64,000 nucleotides of DNA from an uncultured Dehalococcoidia bacterium (GTDB taxonomy: Bacteria > Chloroflexota > Dehalococcoidia > Lucifugimonadales > UBA3495). This document shows, in pieces, positions 8,352-16,331 of the stretch. The first letter of the stretch is position 1. Each line of letters starts with the position of its first letter. The notes below the pieces were generated by a model. That model saw only the letters and a list, made by a program, of their open reading frames with translations. It ran no database searches and was not told the origin of the DNA. Location: assembly GCA_958295765.1 (NCBI GenBank), contig CATQHB010000002.1, positions 2,928,091 to 2,992,090 of the forward strand, read 5' to 3'. The position numbers and the translations under genes are program-made.

Positions 8352-8664
8352 CGCGCCTCGGGTACTTGCCGTGGTAAACTGCTTGCCACTCGCTCTTTTC
8401 CACGTAGGCAAAGCTCGGAACGCTGGGTACACCTAACCGATCCAGTTCCGGGTCTAGCCGGACTGACAACCCCCCGGTCCAGGCGGGGTCCAGATTCTTC
8501 TGGTCGCCGTCGAATATGATGAAAACGTCCAGGTATTCCCCGCCCCAGGGGTCGATGGCCGGTTCAACGATAATCGGGTCGAACACGAACTCGTCCTTGA
8601 ACCGCTCCCGCAATGCCTTGCCAACTATGCCGGCGAACTCGTCGGCTACCTCCCTGCTAATCAT
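8338..8664 (-). CDS. small partner protein of HEPN-like cassette, copy B
   Basis: 108 aa from ATG 8664 (MISREVADEF...), with GGGAG 7 nt upstream. The ORF-track extension to 8787 has no support from copy A. Confidence 0.6.
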   Translation of the reverse strand: MISREVADEFAGIVGKALRERFKDEFVFDPIIVEPAIDPWGGEYLDVFIIFDGDQKNLDPAWTGGLSVRLDPELDRLGVPSVPSFAYVEKSEWQAVYHGKYPRRDDFW

Positions 8665-8808
8665 TGCCCTACTCCCGCAACGGTTTGAGCGCATATCCCC
8701 AATGGCGTCTCTACGCCGGGGTTTTGTATTCACTTGGATACTCTGAGGGTATGCGGAGATTTTACTTGCCAGGATTACCTGGGGCAAGGGGCGAAGTGCG
8801 CCTTGCCC

Positions 8809-9291
8809 TTACTCCCGCCGTCGGAACAGGACGTAAATGGCAAATTCCCGCCGCTGGCCCCGGTCGGCAGCCTCAAAGCCGGCAATAATGCTCACGGCCT
8901 GGTCAACCAGTTGCATAACCCGGGTGCGGTCAAAGGTTACACCGGGGTCGTAATCGGCAAGGTGGCGCTCCCGTTGCAACTCGACGAACAGTTTTCCGAA
9001 ATCCCGAATTTCTAACGGGAACCGGCTCATCATGACCCGGTTATCGCACTGGCGGCGGGCTAAGCCGTGCTCCAAAGCCCGGTAAGTCTGCCGCCAACCC
9101 GGGCGGGTTCGGTTGACCGGCGTACTGCCGGCCAGCAGATCGGCGCAGGATTGAGCCAGGGCGTGAAACAGGGCATAGTAGGCGGCGCTGACCGCCCGGC
9201 ACAGGTCGGTTTGCCGCGGCCGGCCCCGCCGCCCGCTTACCCCACCGGAGGCCAGATGCCGGGCAATTCTAACCAAATCACCAGAAGTCAT
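8809..9291 (-). CDS. HEPN-like domain protein, cassette copy C
   Basis: 160 aa, with 8 substitutions relative to copy B. Same 14-nt overlap with its partner. Confidence 0.6.
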   Translation of the reverse strand: MTSGDLVRIARHLASGGVSGRRGRPRQTDLCRAVSAAYYALFHALAQSCADLLAGSTPVNRTRPGWRQTYRALEHGLARRQCDNRVMMSRFPLEIRDFGKLFVELQRERHLADYDPGVTFDRTRVMQLVDQAVSIIAGFEAADRGQRREFAIYVLFRRRE

Positions 9292-9604
9292 CTCGCCTCG
9301 GGTACTTGCCGTGGTAAACTGCTTGCCACTCGCTCTTTTCCACGTAGGCAAAGCTCGGACAGCTGGGTACACCTAACCGATCCAGTTCCGGGTCTAGCCG
9401 GCCTGACAACCCCCCGGTCCAGCCGGGATCCAAATTCTTCTGGTCGCCGTCGAATATGATGAAAACGTCCAGATATTCCCCGCCCCAGGGGTCAATGGCC
9501 GGTTCAACGATAATCGGGTCAAACACGAAATCGTCCTTGAACCGCTCCCGCAACGCCTTGCCAACTATGCCGGCGAACTCGTCGGCTACCTCCCTGCTAA
9601 TCAT
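9278..9604 (-). CDS. small partner protein of HEPN-like cassette, copy C
   Basis: 108 aa from ATG 9604, with 4 substitutions relative to copy B. ORF-track 9278..10087 is a read-through extension antisense to the peptidase gene. Confidence 0.6.
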   Translation of the reverse strand: MISREVADEFAGIVGKALRERFKDDFVFDPIIVEPAIDPWGGEYLDVFIIFDGDQKNLDPGWTGGLSGRLDPELDRLGVPSCPSFAYVEKSEWQAVYHGKYPRRDDFW

Positions 9605-9699
9605 TGCCCTACTCCCGCAATGGTTTGAGCGCATATCCCAAATGGCGTCGCTACGCCGGGGTGTTTTATTCACCTGGAGACCCGGATACGCAGGGGTTT

Positions 9700-10767
9700 C
9701 TACTTCCCCGCCTTGCTCAATGGCGTGGCCCCTTCCTCGCCCAAAATCACGATGTCCTCGATGCGGACGCCGCCCCAGCCGGTCAGGTAGATGCCTGGCT
9801 CTACGGTGAAAACCATGCCCGCTTGCAGGGCGTCTTTGCCCCGGGCACTGACCCAGGGTTTTTCGTGGACGACCAGGCCGACGCCGTGGCCCAGGCTGTG
9901 GCCGAAGTTGTCGCCGTAGCCGGCCTCGGTGATTACGTCCCGGGAAAGGGCGTCGCACTCCTCGCCGGTCAGGCCGGGGCGCACGGTGTGGATGGCGGTA
10001 AGCTGGGCGCCCAGCACGATGCCGTAAATCTTGTGGAACATTTCGTCCGGCTCGCCCACCACCACGGTGCGGGTGATGTCGCTGCAATAGCCGCCTACCT
10101 GGGCGCCCATATCAATCACAATCGGCTCCCCGGCCTGGATGACGTAGTCGCTGGGGTGGTGGTGCGCCATGGCGCCGTTAGGCCCGGCGGCCACGATGGT
10201 ATCAAAGCTGATGCAGTCGGCGCCGAACTCCCGCATCGCCACTTCCATTTTCCAGGCTACTTCCTTTTCCGTCATCCCCGCCGCAATGGTGGGGCAGACG
10301 GCCTCCATAGCCTTATCCGAGGCGTCAATGGCCTTTTGCAGTTGGGTCAGTTCCTCTCCATCCTTGAGAATCCGCAACTCCTCGGTGATGCCGGCGGTGG
10401 CGACCAGGGAGGCTTGGCTCAGGGCCTCGTCCTCTTTCAGGGCTTCCAGCACCCGGTTGTAGGAGCCGACGGTGATGTTCTCACTCTCAAAGCCGATGCG
10501 CCGGACGCCGGTTTCCTTCAGCGTATCCAGCAGCCAGTCCCAGCCGGCCCGCACCTGCACCACCTGGAAATGGGGGGACTGATTGGCCGCCTGCTCGGTA
10601 TAGCGGGAGTCGGTGAACAGCACCGACCGCTCCGGGGTAATCAGCAGGTAGCCGGCCGAGCCGGTGAAACCGGACAGGTAGCGGCGGTTCTCCGGGGCGG
10701 AAATCAGCATAGCGTCCAGGTCCCGCTCCGCCAGTTGAGCGGCTAGTTGGGCAGCGCGTTCTTTCAT
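9700..10767 (-). CDS. pepP: Xaa-Pro aminopeptidase/dipeptidase (M24B family)
   Basis: 355 aa with a creatinase-like N-domain and pita-bread C-domain. Metal ligands lie in DMGAQVGGYCSDITRT, HSLGHGVGL.VHE and TVEPG.Y......GVRIED. It sits between aroQ and efp, as in Bacillus-type synteny. Confidence 0.85.
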   Translation of the reverse strand: MKERAAQLAAQLAERDLDAMLISAPENRRYLSGFTGSAGYLLITPERSVLFTDSRYTEQAANQSPHFQVVQVRAGWDWLLDTLKETGVRRIGFESENITVGSYNRVLEALKEDEALSQASLVATAGITEELRILKDGEELTQLQKAIDASDKAMEAVCPTIAAGMTEKEVAWKMEVAMREFGADCISFDTIVAAGPNGAMAHHHPSDYVIQAGEPIVIDMGAQVGGYCSDITRTVVVGEPDEMFHKIYGIVLGAQLTAIHTVRPGLTGEECDALSRDVITEAGYGDNFGHSLGHGVGLVVHEKPWVSARGKDALQAGMVFTVEPGIYLTGWGGVRIEDIVILGEEGATPLSKAGK

Positions 10768-11213
10768 AAGTCCTTCTCCTCATTGATTAGTCCCGCGATG
10801 ATTTCTATAGCGGCAGTATAGCTTCTCCAGCCAAAGCCGGCAATTTGTCCCCGGGCGATGTCGGCGATGACCGAGCGGCGGCGCCACTCCTCCCGGGCGT
10901 GAATGTTGCCCAGATGCACCTCGACGACCGGCACGGCGGCGTCAATCAGGGCATCTTTCAGCGAGTAGCCGTAATGGGTCAGGGCGCCGGGGTTGATGAC
11001 GATGCCCTCGATCCGGCCCCAATTTTCCTGGATGCAGTTGATGATTTCGCCCTCAACGTTGGATTGGTAGAAGGCGACTTCCACCCCCAGGGATTGGGCC
11101 TTTTGGCCGACTTCCCGGTTGACTTCCTCCAGGGTTTTGACGCCGTAAATGCCCGGGTTGCGGCGGCCCAGGATGTTAAGGTTCGGCCCGTTGATAACCA
11201 GTATGCGGGTCAT
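10764..11213 (-). CDS. aroQ: type II 3-dehydroquinate dehydratase
   Basis: 149 aa. ILVINGPNLN.LG.R.P.IYG, FYQSN.EGE.I. and INPGALTHY are AroQ hallmarks. Confidence 0.9.
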   Translation of the reverse strand: MTRILVINGPNLNILGRRNPGIYGVKTLEEVNREVGQKAQSLGVEVAFYQSNVEGEIINCIQENWGRIEGIVINPGALTHYGYSLKDALIDAAVPVVEVHLGNIHAREEWRRRSVIADIARGQIAGFGWRSYTAAIEIIAGLINEEKDL

Positions 11214-11340
11214 AGGTGAGGTTTAGCTCCCGGTTGAGATTGATTTGATTCGCTAAATCTTTTATAAATTGGTCGAAATTGCAAAATTGGTGAAATTCGC
11301 CTTGACTTCACAAACTTATTTTCCTTACGCTTGAGGTGGT

Positions 11341-11413
11341 GCCCCGGTAGCTCAATGGATAGAGCGGTGTTTTGACTGAGCATCAGATGCAGGTTCGAGT
11401 CCTGTCCGGGGCA
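11341..11413 (+). tRNA. tRNA, cloverleaf geometry gives anticodon GAC (Val); anticodon arm atypical
   Basis: 73 nt. Acceptor GCCCCGG/CCGGGGC, D arm GCTC-AATGGATA-GAGC, T arm GCAGG-TTCGAGT-CCTGT, 5-nt variable loop, discriminator A, no encoded CCA. The anticodon arm GTGTT-TTGACTG-AGCAT has two G-U pairs and U at position 37. Confidence 0.7.
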
Positions 11414-11705
11414 CTCTTGAAGATACTCAGCGCTTGGAGTGGAAACTCTAGTTTTATATTTTATATTATATAAAGTATTGACATCATGATATAATATATG
11501 TTTACAATAGGGTTGCTCAGTCAAAGCATTGCAGTCCGTCGAGCAGACCGGTACTGTGCATCAAGGCCGTGGGTTGATGAAAAGACCTGCGGCCTTATTT
11601 AATCCTCTCCCCCGTCCCCCGGTTTGTGCTCCCCTTTGACCGGAAATTACCTCTTCAGTATATACCAATACCCCTAGCCTAGCCTATCAAAACATAACCT
11701 GTTTT

Positions 11706-11736
11706 AAGGGCCGGGAGCATCTTGTTCCCGGCCCTT
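11706..11736 (-). terminator. GC-rich hairpin downstream of the VWA gene (no U-tract on the minus strand)
   Basis: AAGGGCCGGGA-8 nt-TCCCGGCCCTT, an 11-bp stem, 33 nt past the stop at 11769. The T-run is on the plus-strand side only. Confidence 0.4.
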
Positions 11737-11768
11737 GCCACTGCCCGGCAACCGAAATTGTGCCAACC

Positions 11769-13757
11769 CTACCGGCTGTACCCGGAATCCCCAGGCTGGA
11801 ACCCTGCCGCCGGTAACTCCCGGGTAAGGTGTTCCAGCAAAAAGCTGAAGTCGTGATAAGCCGCCAGTTGGCCCAGGTCGCCGGACAAGGGTTCCAGCCG
11901 GTCAGCCAGGGTTGCCAACTCCCAACCTACGCTGTGGGAGTAGGAGTCGCCGGCGTCGGGTAGGCCGCTGTACCGGTCGGCGGACAGGGCCACCAGCGCG
12001 CCCAATTGCAGCAACGAGTCATTGAGGGAGTCAAAACCCCGGTTCCAATGGCCTGAGACGCCGGCCTGCTGCTGCCGGGATTCACCGCTTGCCGGCGCCA
12101 CCCAACGCAGTTCCACGTTGCCCAACTGCGCCGGCGCGGCGCCCCTTTCCCCAGCTTGGCCGGTCAGTTCCAGTTCGTAGAAAACCGTGGTGGCCGCCCC
12201 GGAGGGAATCTCCGCAAACTCTTTGCGGTCTTGGGTGAACAGTTCGTCGGCGGTGATGCGGTTCTCGTACCCGATAATCCGCCACGACCGGACTACCGCC
12301 GGATCCCAGGTTACCTGGGCGCGGGTCTGGTCGGCAAAGGGTATTGACAAGGCCAGCCAGTTGTCCCGGCGGAAGGTGGCCCGCGCCTGGTCGGGGTGGT
12401 CCAGGTAGCGATACCAGCCGTTGCCGTGCTGGGCCAACTGCTCCAGCAGATAGTCATTATAATTGTGTATCCCTACGCCGATGGTGATGAGCCTTAACGG
12501 GTTGTCGCTCCGGTGGTCGCCGGCCGATTCCAGGATGGCAAAGGGATTGGTGGCGTCCACGTTAGCTACGCCGTCGGACATCAGAATGACGTAGTGATAA
12601 GCGTCGGGGCGTTCCTGCCGAATCCGGTCGGCCAGGCGGACGCCCCGGTTGAGGCCGGCCTGCACGTTGGTGGCGCCGTGAGGTTCCAGCCGGCGGATTG
12701 ACTCCGTTACCGCCCCGGCGCCGGGCCGCCGATGTGCCACGGTAAGATGGTCGATAACCGTATCGGTGAAGTGGACTACGGCGATGCGGTCCTGGGGGCG
12801 CAGGCTCTGCCGGAGGCTTTCGGCGGCGGCCCGGGCGATGGCTACCCGATTGCCTTCACCCATAGAACCAGAGGCGTCCAGCACCAGGGTAACATTCAGC
12901 GGCCGGCTGTCATCCCCCAGTTCCGGCGCCTGGAAGGACAGGCGCGCCAGGTGTTTGCCGCCGTCCAGCGGGTGCCGGAAAACCTCGGTGGCAATGGCGA
13001 ACTGGTCAGCCCTTGACGGCTTGGGGTAGCCGTAGTCGAAGGCGTTAATCCACTCCTCGGCCCGCACCGAGTCCGGCGCCACGGTGAACCCCTCTCTGGC
13101 CCAGTTGAGGGCCAGCCGGTAGGAGGCGCGGTCAGTGTCCAGGCTGAAGGTGGATACCCGATCCTGGGCGGTGATGACCGTCGGCGAGCGTTGGTAGTTC
13201 TGGAAGGTGGTAGCCCCCGGTTGCGGTTGAGGCTGGGGCGGGTTATGGCCGCTGACCGAACTGGCCGCCTGAGGCGGTTGGATAGCTGCTCCGGCCGGCA
13301 GGGATTCGGCCTGCACTTGGGGCATAGCGGTAGCTTGCGGCGGCGCAGTGGGGGCCGGCGCCGCCGGAACTGTCTCCCGCTCCACCACCACTTCCCTTAC
13401 TACTTCCAGTTCTAGCACTTCTGATTCCGTTGCCACCGCCGGGCCGACGGGAAACGCCGGCTCTTGCGCCCCGGCTGGCACCGCCGGGCTGGACGGGTCT
13501 GGCGTCTCCTGCGTTTCCGGTTGCTCTGCCGGGGGACGGGTTTCTATCGGGGCCGGTTGCGTATCTACGGCTGATACCGCCGGCGCCAAAGGGGGTTGCG
13601 GCGTTGCCGACGGGGAGGGTTCGGAGACGGTGGCGGGAGATGACGGCGCCGAACCTGGCGGGCCGTCTTCCGGCGGGGCTTGGGCGCCGCAAGCGGCAAA
13701 GGTCAAGGCCAACAGTACGGCCAGGGTAACTATCAAAAGCCGGTGCATCGTGAGCAT
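11769..13757 (-). CDS. von Willebrand factor type A domain lipoprotein (YfbK-like)
   Basis: 662 aa. Signal peptide plus lipobox LALTFAAC, a Pro/Ala/Glu-rich linker, the TFSLDTDRASY...EEWINAFDY module, and a VWA MIDAS motif (DASGSM...SDG). Confidence 0.75.
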   Translation of the reverse strand: MLTMHRLLIVTLAVLLALTFAACGAQAPPEDGPPGSAPSSPATVSEPSPSATPQPPLAPAVSAVDTQPAPIETRPPAEQPETQETPDPSSPAVPAGAQEPAFPVGPAVATESEVLELEVVREVVVERETVPAAPAPTAPPQATAMPQVQAESLPAGAAIQPPQAASSVSGHNPPQPQPQPGATTFQNYQRSPTVITAQDRVSTFSLDTDRASYRLALNWAREGFTVAPDSVRAEEWINAFDYGYPKPSRADQFAIATEVFRHPLDGGKHLARLSFQAPELGDDSRPLNVTLVLDASGSMGEGNRVAIARAAAESLRQSLRPQDRIAVVHFTDTVIDHLTVAHRRPGAGAVTESIRRLEPHGATNVQAGLNRGVRLADRIRQERPDAYHYVILMSDGVANVDATNPFAILESAGDHRSDNPLRLITIGVGIHNYNDYLLEQLAQHGNGWYRYLDHPDQARATFRRDNWLALSIPFADQTRAQVTWDPAVVRSWRIIGYENRITADELFTQDRKEFAEIPSGAATTVFYELELTGQAGERGAAPAQLGNVELRWVAPASGESRQQQAGVSGHWNRGFDSLNDSLLQLGALVALSADRYSGLPDAGDSYSHSVGWELATLADRLEPLSGDLGQLAAYHDFSFLLEHLTRELPAAGFQPGDSGYSR

Positions 13758-13908
13758 AGCGATAAACCTCCTGCCGGTTTATTCAGTATGCCCTTATGAC
13801 GTAGCGACAAGGGTTTTTGTTCCCGGTATATTCCGGTATGGAAGGGGCAATTTGCAGGTATTACCAACATTTGTTGATATTGCTTGCCCGGCCCCGCCGC
13901 CTTGTCCG

Positions 13909-13936
13909 GTAGGGGCGGTTCGCGAACCGCCCCTAC
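13909..13936. repeat. REP-C perfect palindrome
   Basis: GTAGGGGCGGTTCGCGAACCGCCCCTAC. Confidence 0.9.
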
Positions 13937-14054
13937 ACCCGACACCCTGCAATCCACCGGAGCCGTTCCGGGTTATGCGTTACGCAGTTGGTATATCATT
14001 CCGATCGATTGGCAAGTCATTCCTACCGATTAGTCTGTCATTCCGACTTAGTTT

Positions 14055-14140
14055 GTCATTCCGACCGCAGGGAGGAATCTAAAAATCTTGAGCGGAGTCA
14101 AGGGCCGGCATTTTAGATTCCTCCCTGCGGTCGGAATGAC
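14055..14140. repeat. REP-E hairpin element
   Basis: GTCATTCCGACCGCAGGGAGGAATCTAAAAATC...GATTTTAGATTCCTCCCTGCGGTCGGAATGAC-type long inverted repeat. Confidence 0.9.
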
Positions 14141-14230
14141 ACAAAAGGTAGCGGTCGGAATGACATAGAAGGTAGCGGTCGGAATGACATAGAAGGTAGC
14201 GGTCGGAATTCGGAATGACATAGAGGTTAC
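14141..14230. repeat. short tandem array of GGTAGCGGTCGGAATGACATAGAA units
   Basis: Three consecutive ~24-bp units re-using the REP-E terminal GTCGGAATGAC. Further GTCATTCC words occur at 13990-14055. Confidence 0.8.
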
Positions 14231-14264
14231 ATCGTAGCTTGAACCCGTCATTCCGGTCATAAAC

Positions 14265-14362
14265 CCGTCGTTCCGGCGAAAGCCAGAATCCAGAATCCTC
14301 GGTAGCCGGCACGCTCTTTGCCGAGGGGATTTCCTGGATTCCGGCTTTCGCCGGAACGACGG
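14265..14362. repeat. REP-D element
   Basis: Full-length copy. Confidence 0.9.
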
Positions 14363-14461
14363 TTGCATTAGGGACGGTTGCCTTGGTAATGACGGTTGCT
14401 TGGAATGACGGGATTGCCTGGGTTGCCCTGATTAAGGTGCGATTGCCCGGCTGCCCCCGCT

Positions 14462-15562
14462 TTACTCCCCATCCTCATCTGCCTGAACTTCATCCGCGTC
14501 CCCGGCCCGGGGGTGGAAGTTCAGGTAGGCGGCTTTGGCTTCCTGCTTGGTTATGTGGGTGTAGATTTGGGTGGTGGTGGGGCTGGAGTGGCCGAGCAGT
14601 TCCTGGATTACCCGCAGGTCGGCGGCGCCCTCCAGCATATGGCTGGCAAAGGTGTGGCGCAGGGTATGGGGGTGGATGCCGTCCCGCAGGCCGGCCTGGG
14701 CCGCGTGGTGGCGCACCAGCTTTTCAATGCTGCGGCGGGAGAGCCGCTGCCCGTAGCGGTTGAGGAACAGGGCCGCCGATGCTGCCGGCCGCCCCTCGGG
14801 AGCGCCTTCCAAAAGCCGGGGCCGGGCCTCCTGGATATAACGCTGCAAGACCTCCCCGGTGGGTTGGCCGAAAAGCACCCAGCGTTCCTTGGAACCCTTG
14901 CCCTCCACCAGTATCTGCCGCTGGGTAAAGTTGATGTCGGGCAAGTCCATGCCGGCGATTTCGGCCAGGCGGACGCCGCAGGAGTAGAGGACTTCCAGGA
15001 TGGCCCGGTCGCGCAGGCCGTAGCCGTCATCCTCGGTGGGGGTTTCCAGCAGGCGTACCGCCTCCTGCTTGCCGATGAAGGAGGGCAGGGGCTTTTCCAC
15101 CTTGACTTGCAGGCTGCGGCCCGAAGGCACCGGGCTGTGCTTGAACCGCCCCTGCTGCACCAGGAACTGGTAAAAGGAGCGCAGGGCGGTCAGCTTGCGG
15201 ACGATGCTGACCCGGGCGTAGCCCCCTTTCAGCTTGCGGCCCGAATAGGGATGCACCGTCTCCCGGGCCTCGGTAGCCAGCCAGGCCAGATAGCTGCGGG
15301 CCAGCCGCCGGTTCATAGCGTCCAGGGAATGGCCTTCCTGGGCCAGGTAGCGTTGGAAGGAACCCAGGTCGTCCAGATAGACCCGGACGGTGTTGTCGGA
15401 CAGCCCCCGTTGTCCCCGCAGGTAGGTTTCGTACCGCTCCAGCAGTTCGGCCATTTCAGCGACGGGACTGGTATCGGCGGCATCAGTAGTGTCAATAGCA
15501 TCAATAGCATCAATGGTATCGGCGGCAAGGGCGGCAGGGGCGGCAGTAGTAGCGGTGGACAC
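14462..15562 (-). CDS. xerC: tyrosine recombinase XerC/XerD family
   Basis: HTLRHTFASHML..GADLRVIQELLGHSSPTTTQIYTH catalytic box plus an N-terminal SAM-like core-binding domain. Start set at GTG 15562 (GGAGGT 5 nt upstream); ATG 15454 is an alternative. The ORF-track extension to 15730 runs into repeats. Confidence 0.85.
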   Translation of the reverse strand: MSTATTAAPAALAADTIDAIDAIDTTDAADTSPVAEMAELLERYETYLRGQRGLSDNTVRVYLDDLGSFQRYLAQEGHSLDAMNRRLARSYLAWLATEARETVHPYSGRKLKGGYARVSIVRKLTALRSFYQFLVQQGRFKHSPVPSGRSLQVKVEKPLPSFIGKQEAVRLLETPTEDDGYGLRDRAILEVLYSCGVRLAEIAGMDLPDINFTQRQILVEGKGSKERWVLFGQPTGEVLQRYIQEARPRLLEGAPEGRPAASAALFLNRYGQRLSRRSIEKLVRHHAAQAGLRDGIHPHTLRHTFASHMLEGAADLRVIQELLGHSSPTTTQIYTHITKQEAKAAYLNFHPRAGDADEVQADEDGE

Positions 15563-15747
15563 GCTGTACCTCCGGCGGGTAAAGGTGTCTTGAGCATACC
15601 CTTTCCGCCGGGGGGATTGCGTTGCTGGCGGTTTTCTGCTTTGGTGGTTTTCTTGCCTTGGAGAGCCGGTGGTGGGCCGGGATTCGCCGGGGAGAAAAGC
15701 CGGTGTTCCCAACATTTGTTGGTATTTCAAGCCCCGCTTGGTTGTTC

Positions 15748-15869
15748 GGTAGGGGCGGGTTTGTAACCCGCCCTGGGTTCAACGGCGAATTCGGCTCGGA
15801 GAACCGACGCCGCCGTATCTGAACGGTATTAACGCCGGAACGCGGGCGGGTTTGTAACCCGCCCCTACC
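15748..15869. repeat. REP-B element
   Basis: Inner inverted repeats present. Part of tandem unit 1 between xerC and topA. Confidence 0.9.
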
Positions 15870-16093
15870 CCGATGGAAATGCCAACAAGCGTTGAAAATA
15901 CCCCAAAACCCGGCGGCCGTCGCGGAGAGTTAGTCGCCGATTTCGCCGGGGGGATTGCGTTGCTGGCAATTTTCCGCTTTGGAGGTTTTCTCACCCGGAG
16001 AATATCGGCGTGTATCCAAGTCTCAATGTCTATGAGTGAGAAAAGCCGGTATTCCCAACATTCGTTGGTATTTCAAGCCCCGCTTGGTTGTTC

Positions 16094-16215
16094 GGTAGGG
16101 GCGGGTTTGTAACCCGCCCTGGGTTCAACGGCGAATTCGGCGCTGAGAACCGACGCCGCCATATCTGAACGGTACTAACGCCGGAACGTGGACGGGTTAC
16201 AAACCCGCCCCTACC
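16094..16215. repeat. REP-B element
   Basis: Part of tandem unit 2. Confidence 0.9.
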
Positions 16216-16228
16216 CGGTGAAAGGCCG

Positions 16229-16256
16229 GTAGGGGCGGTTCGCGAACCGCCCCTAC
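16229..16256. repeat. REP-C palindrome
   Basis: GTAGGGGCGGTTCGCGAACCGCCCCTAC. Confidence 0.9.
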
Positions 16257-16331
16257 ACCGTTGAAAATGCCAACCCAACAAGCATTGAATATACCGAAAA
16301 ACCCGGCGGCAGTCGCCGAGGGTTAGTTGCG

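Noticed and set aside
9278-10087. 269-aa ORF suggesting a long N-terminal domain on cassette partner C
   Set aside because: The extension is Arg/Pro/Gly-rich and lies antisense to the well-supported peptidase gene. Copies A and B start at the equivalent of ATG 9604, which has an RBS.
11210-11524. 104-aa minus-strand ORF between aroQ and the VWA gene
   Set aside because: It runs straight through the tRNA gene and the AT-rich block. Its composition is unlike other genes here.
11478-11600. T-box or other tRNA-sensing riboswitch, suggested by the 12-nt complementarity to the tRNA anticodon arm
   Set aside because: There is no downstream plus-strand gene to regulate, no T-box consensus, and the pairing involves the stem rather than just the anticodon. 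I kept it only as an inverted partial tRNA copy or candidate sRNA.
14462-15562. XerC as the integrase of a mobile element, given the repeat-rich flanks
   Set aside because: It sits in the conserved dprA-topA-xerC arrangement and has host-like GC. No att-like direct repeats or cargo genes were seen, so it is more likely the chromosomal dimer-resolution recombinase.
14462-15730. 422-aa version of XerC, together with similar long versions of dprA (to 20562), the GT-C gene (to 42001), the GT39-like gene (to 46093), the amidohydrolase (to 60289) and the DUF3883 gene (from 60123)
   Set aside because: The extra N-terminal residues are translations of REP elements or of neighbouring genes. Internal starts with Shine-Dalgarno sites or paralogue-supported N-termini exist.
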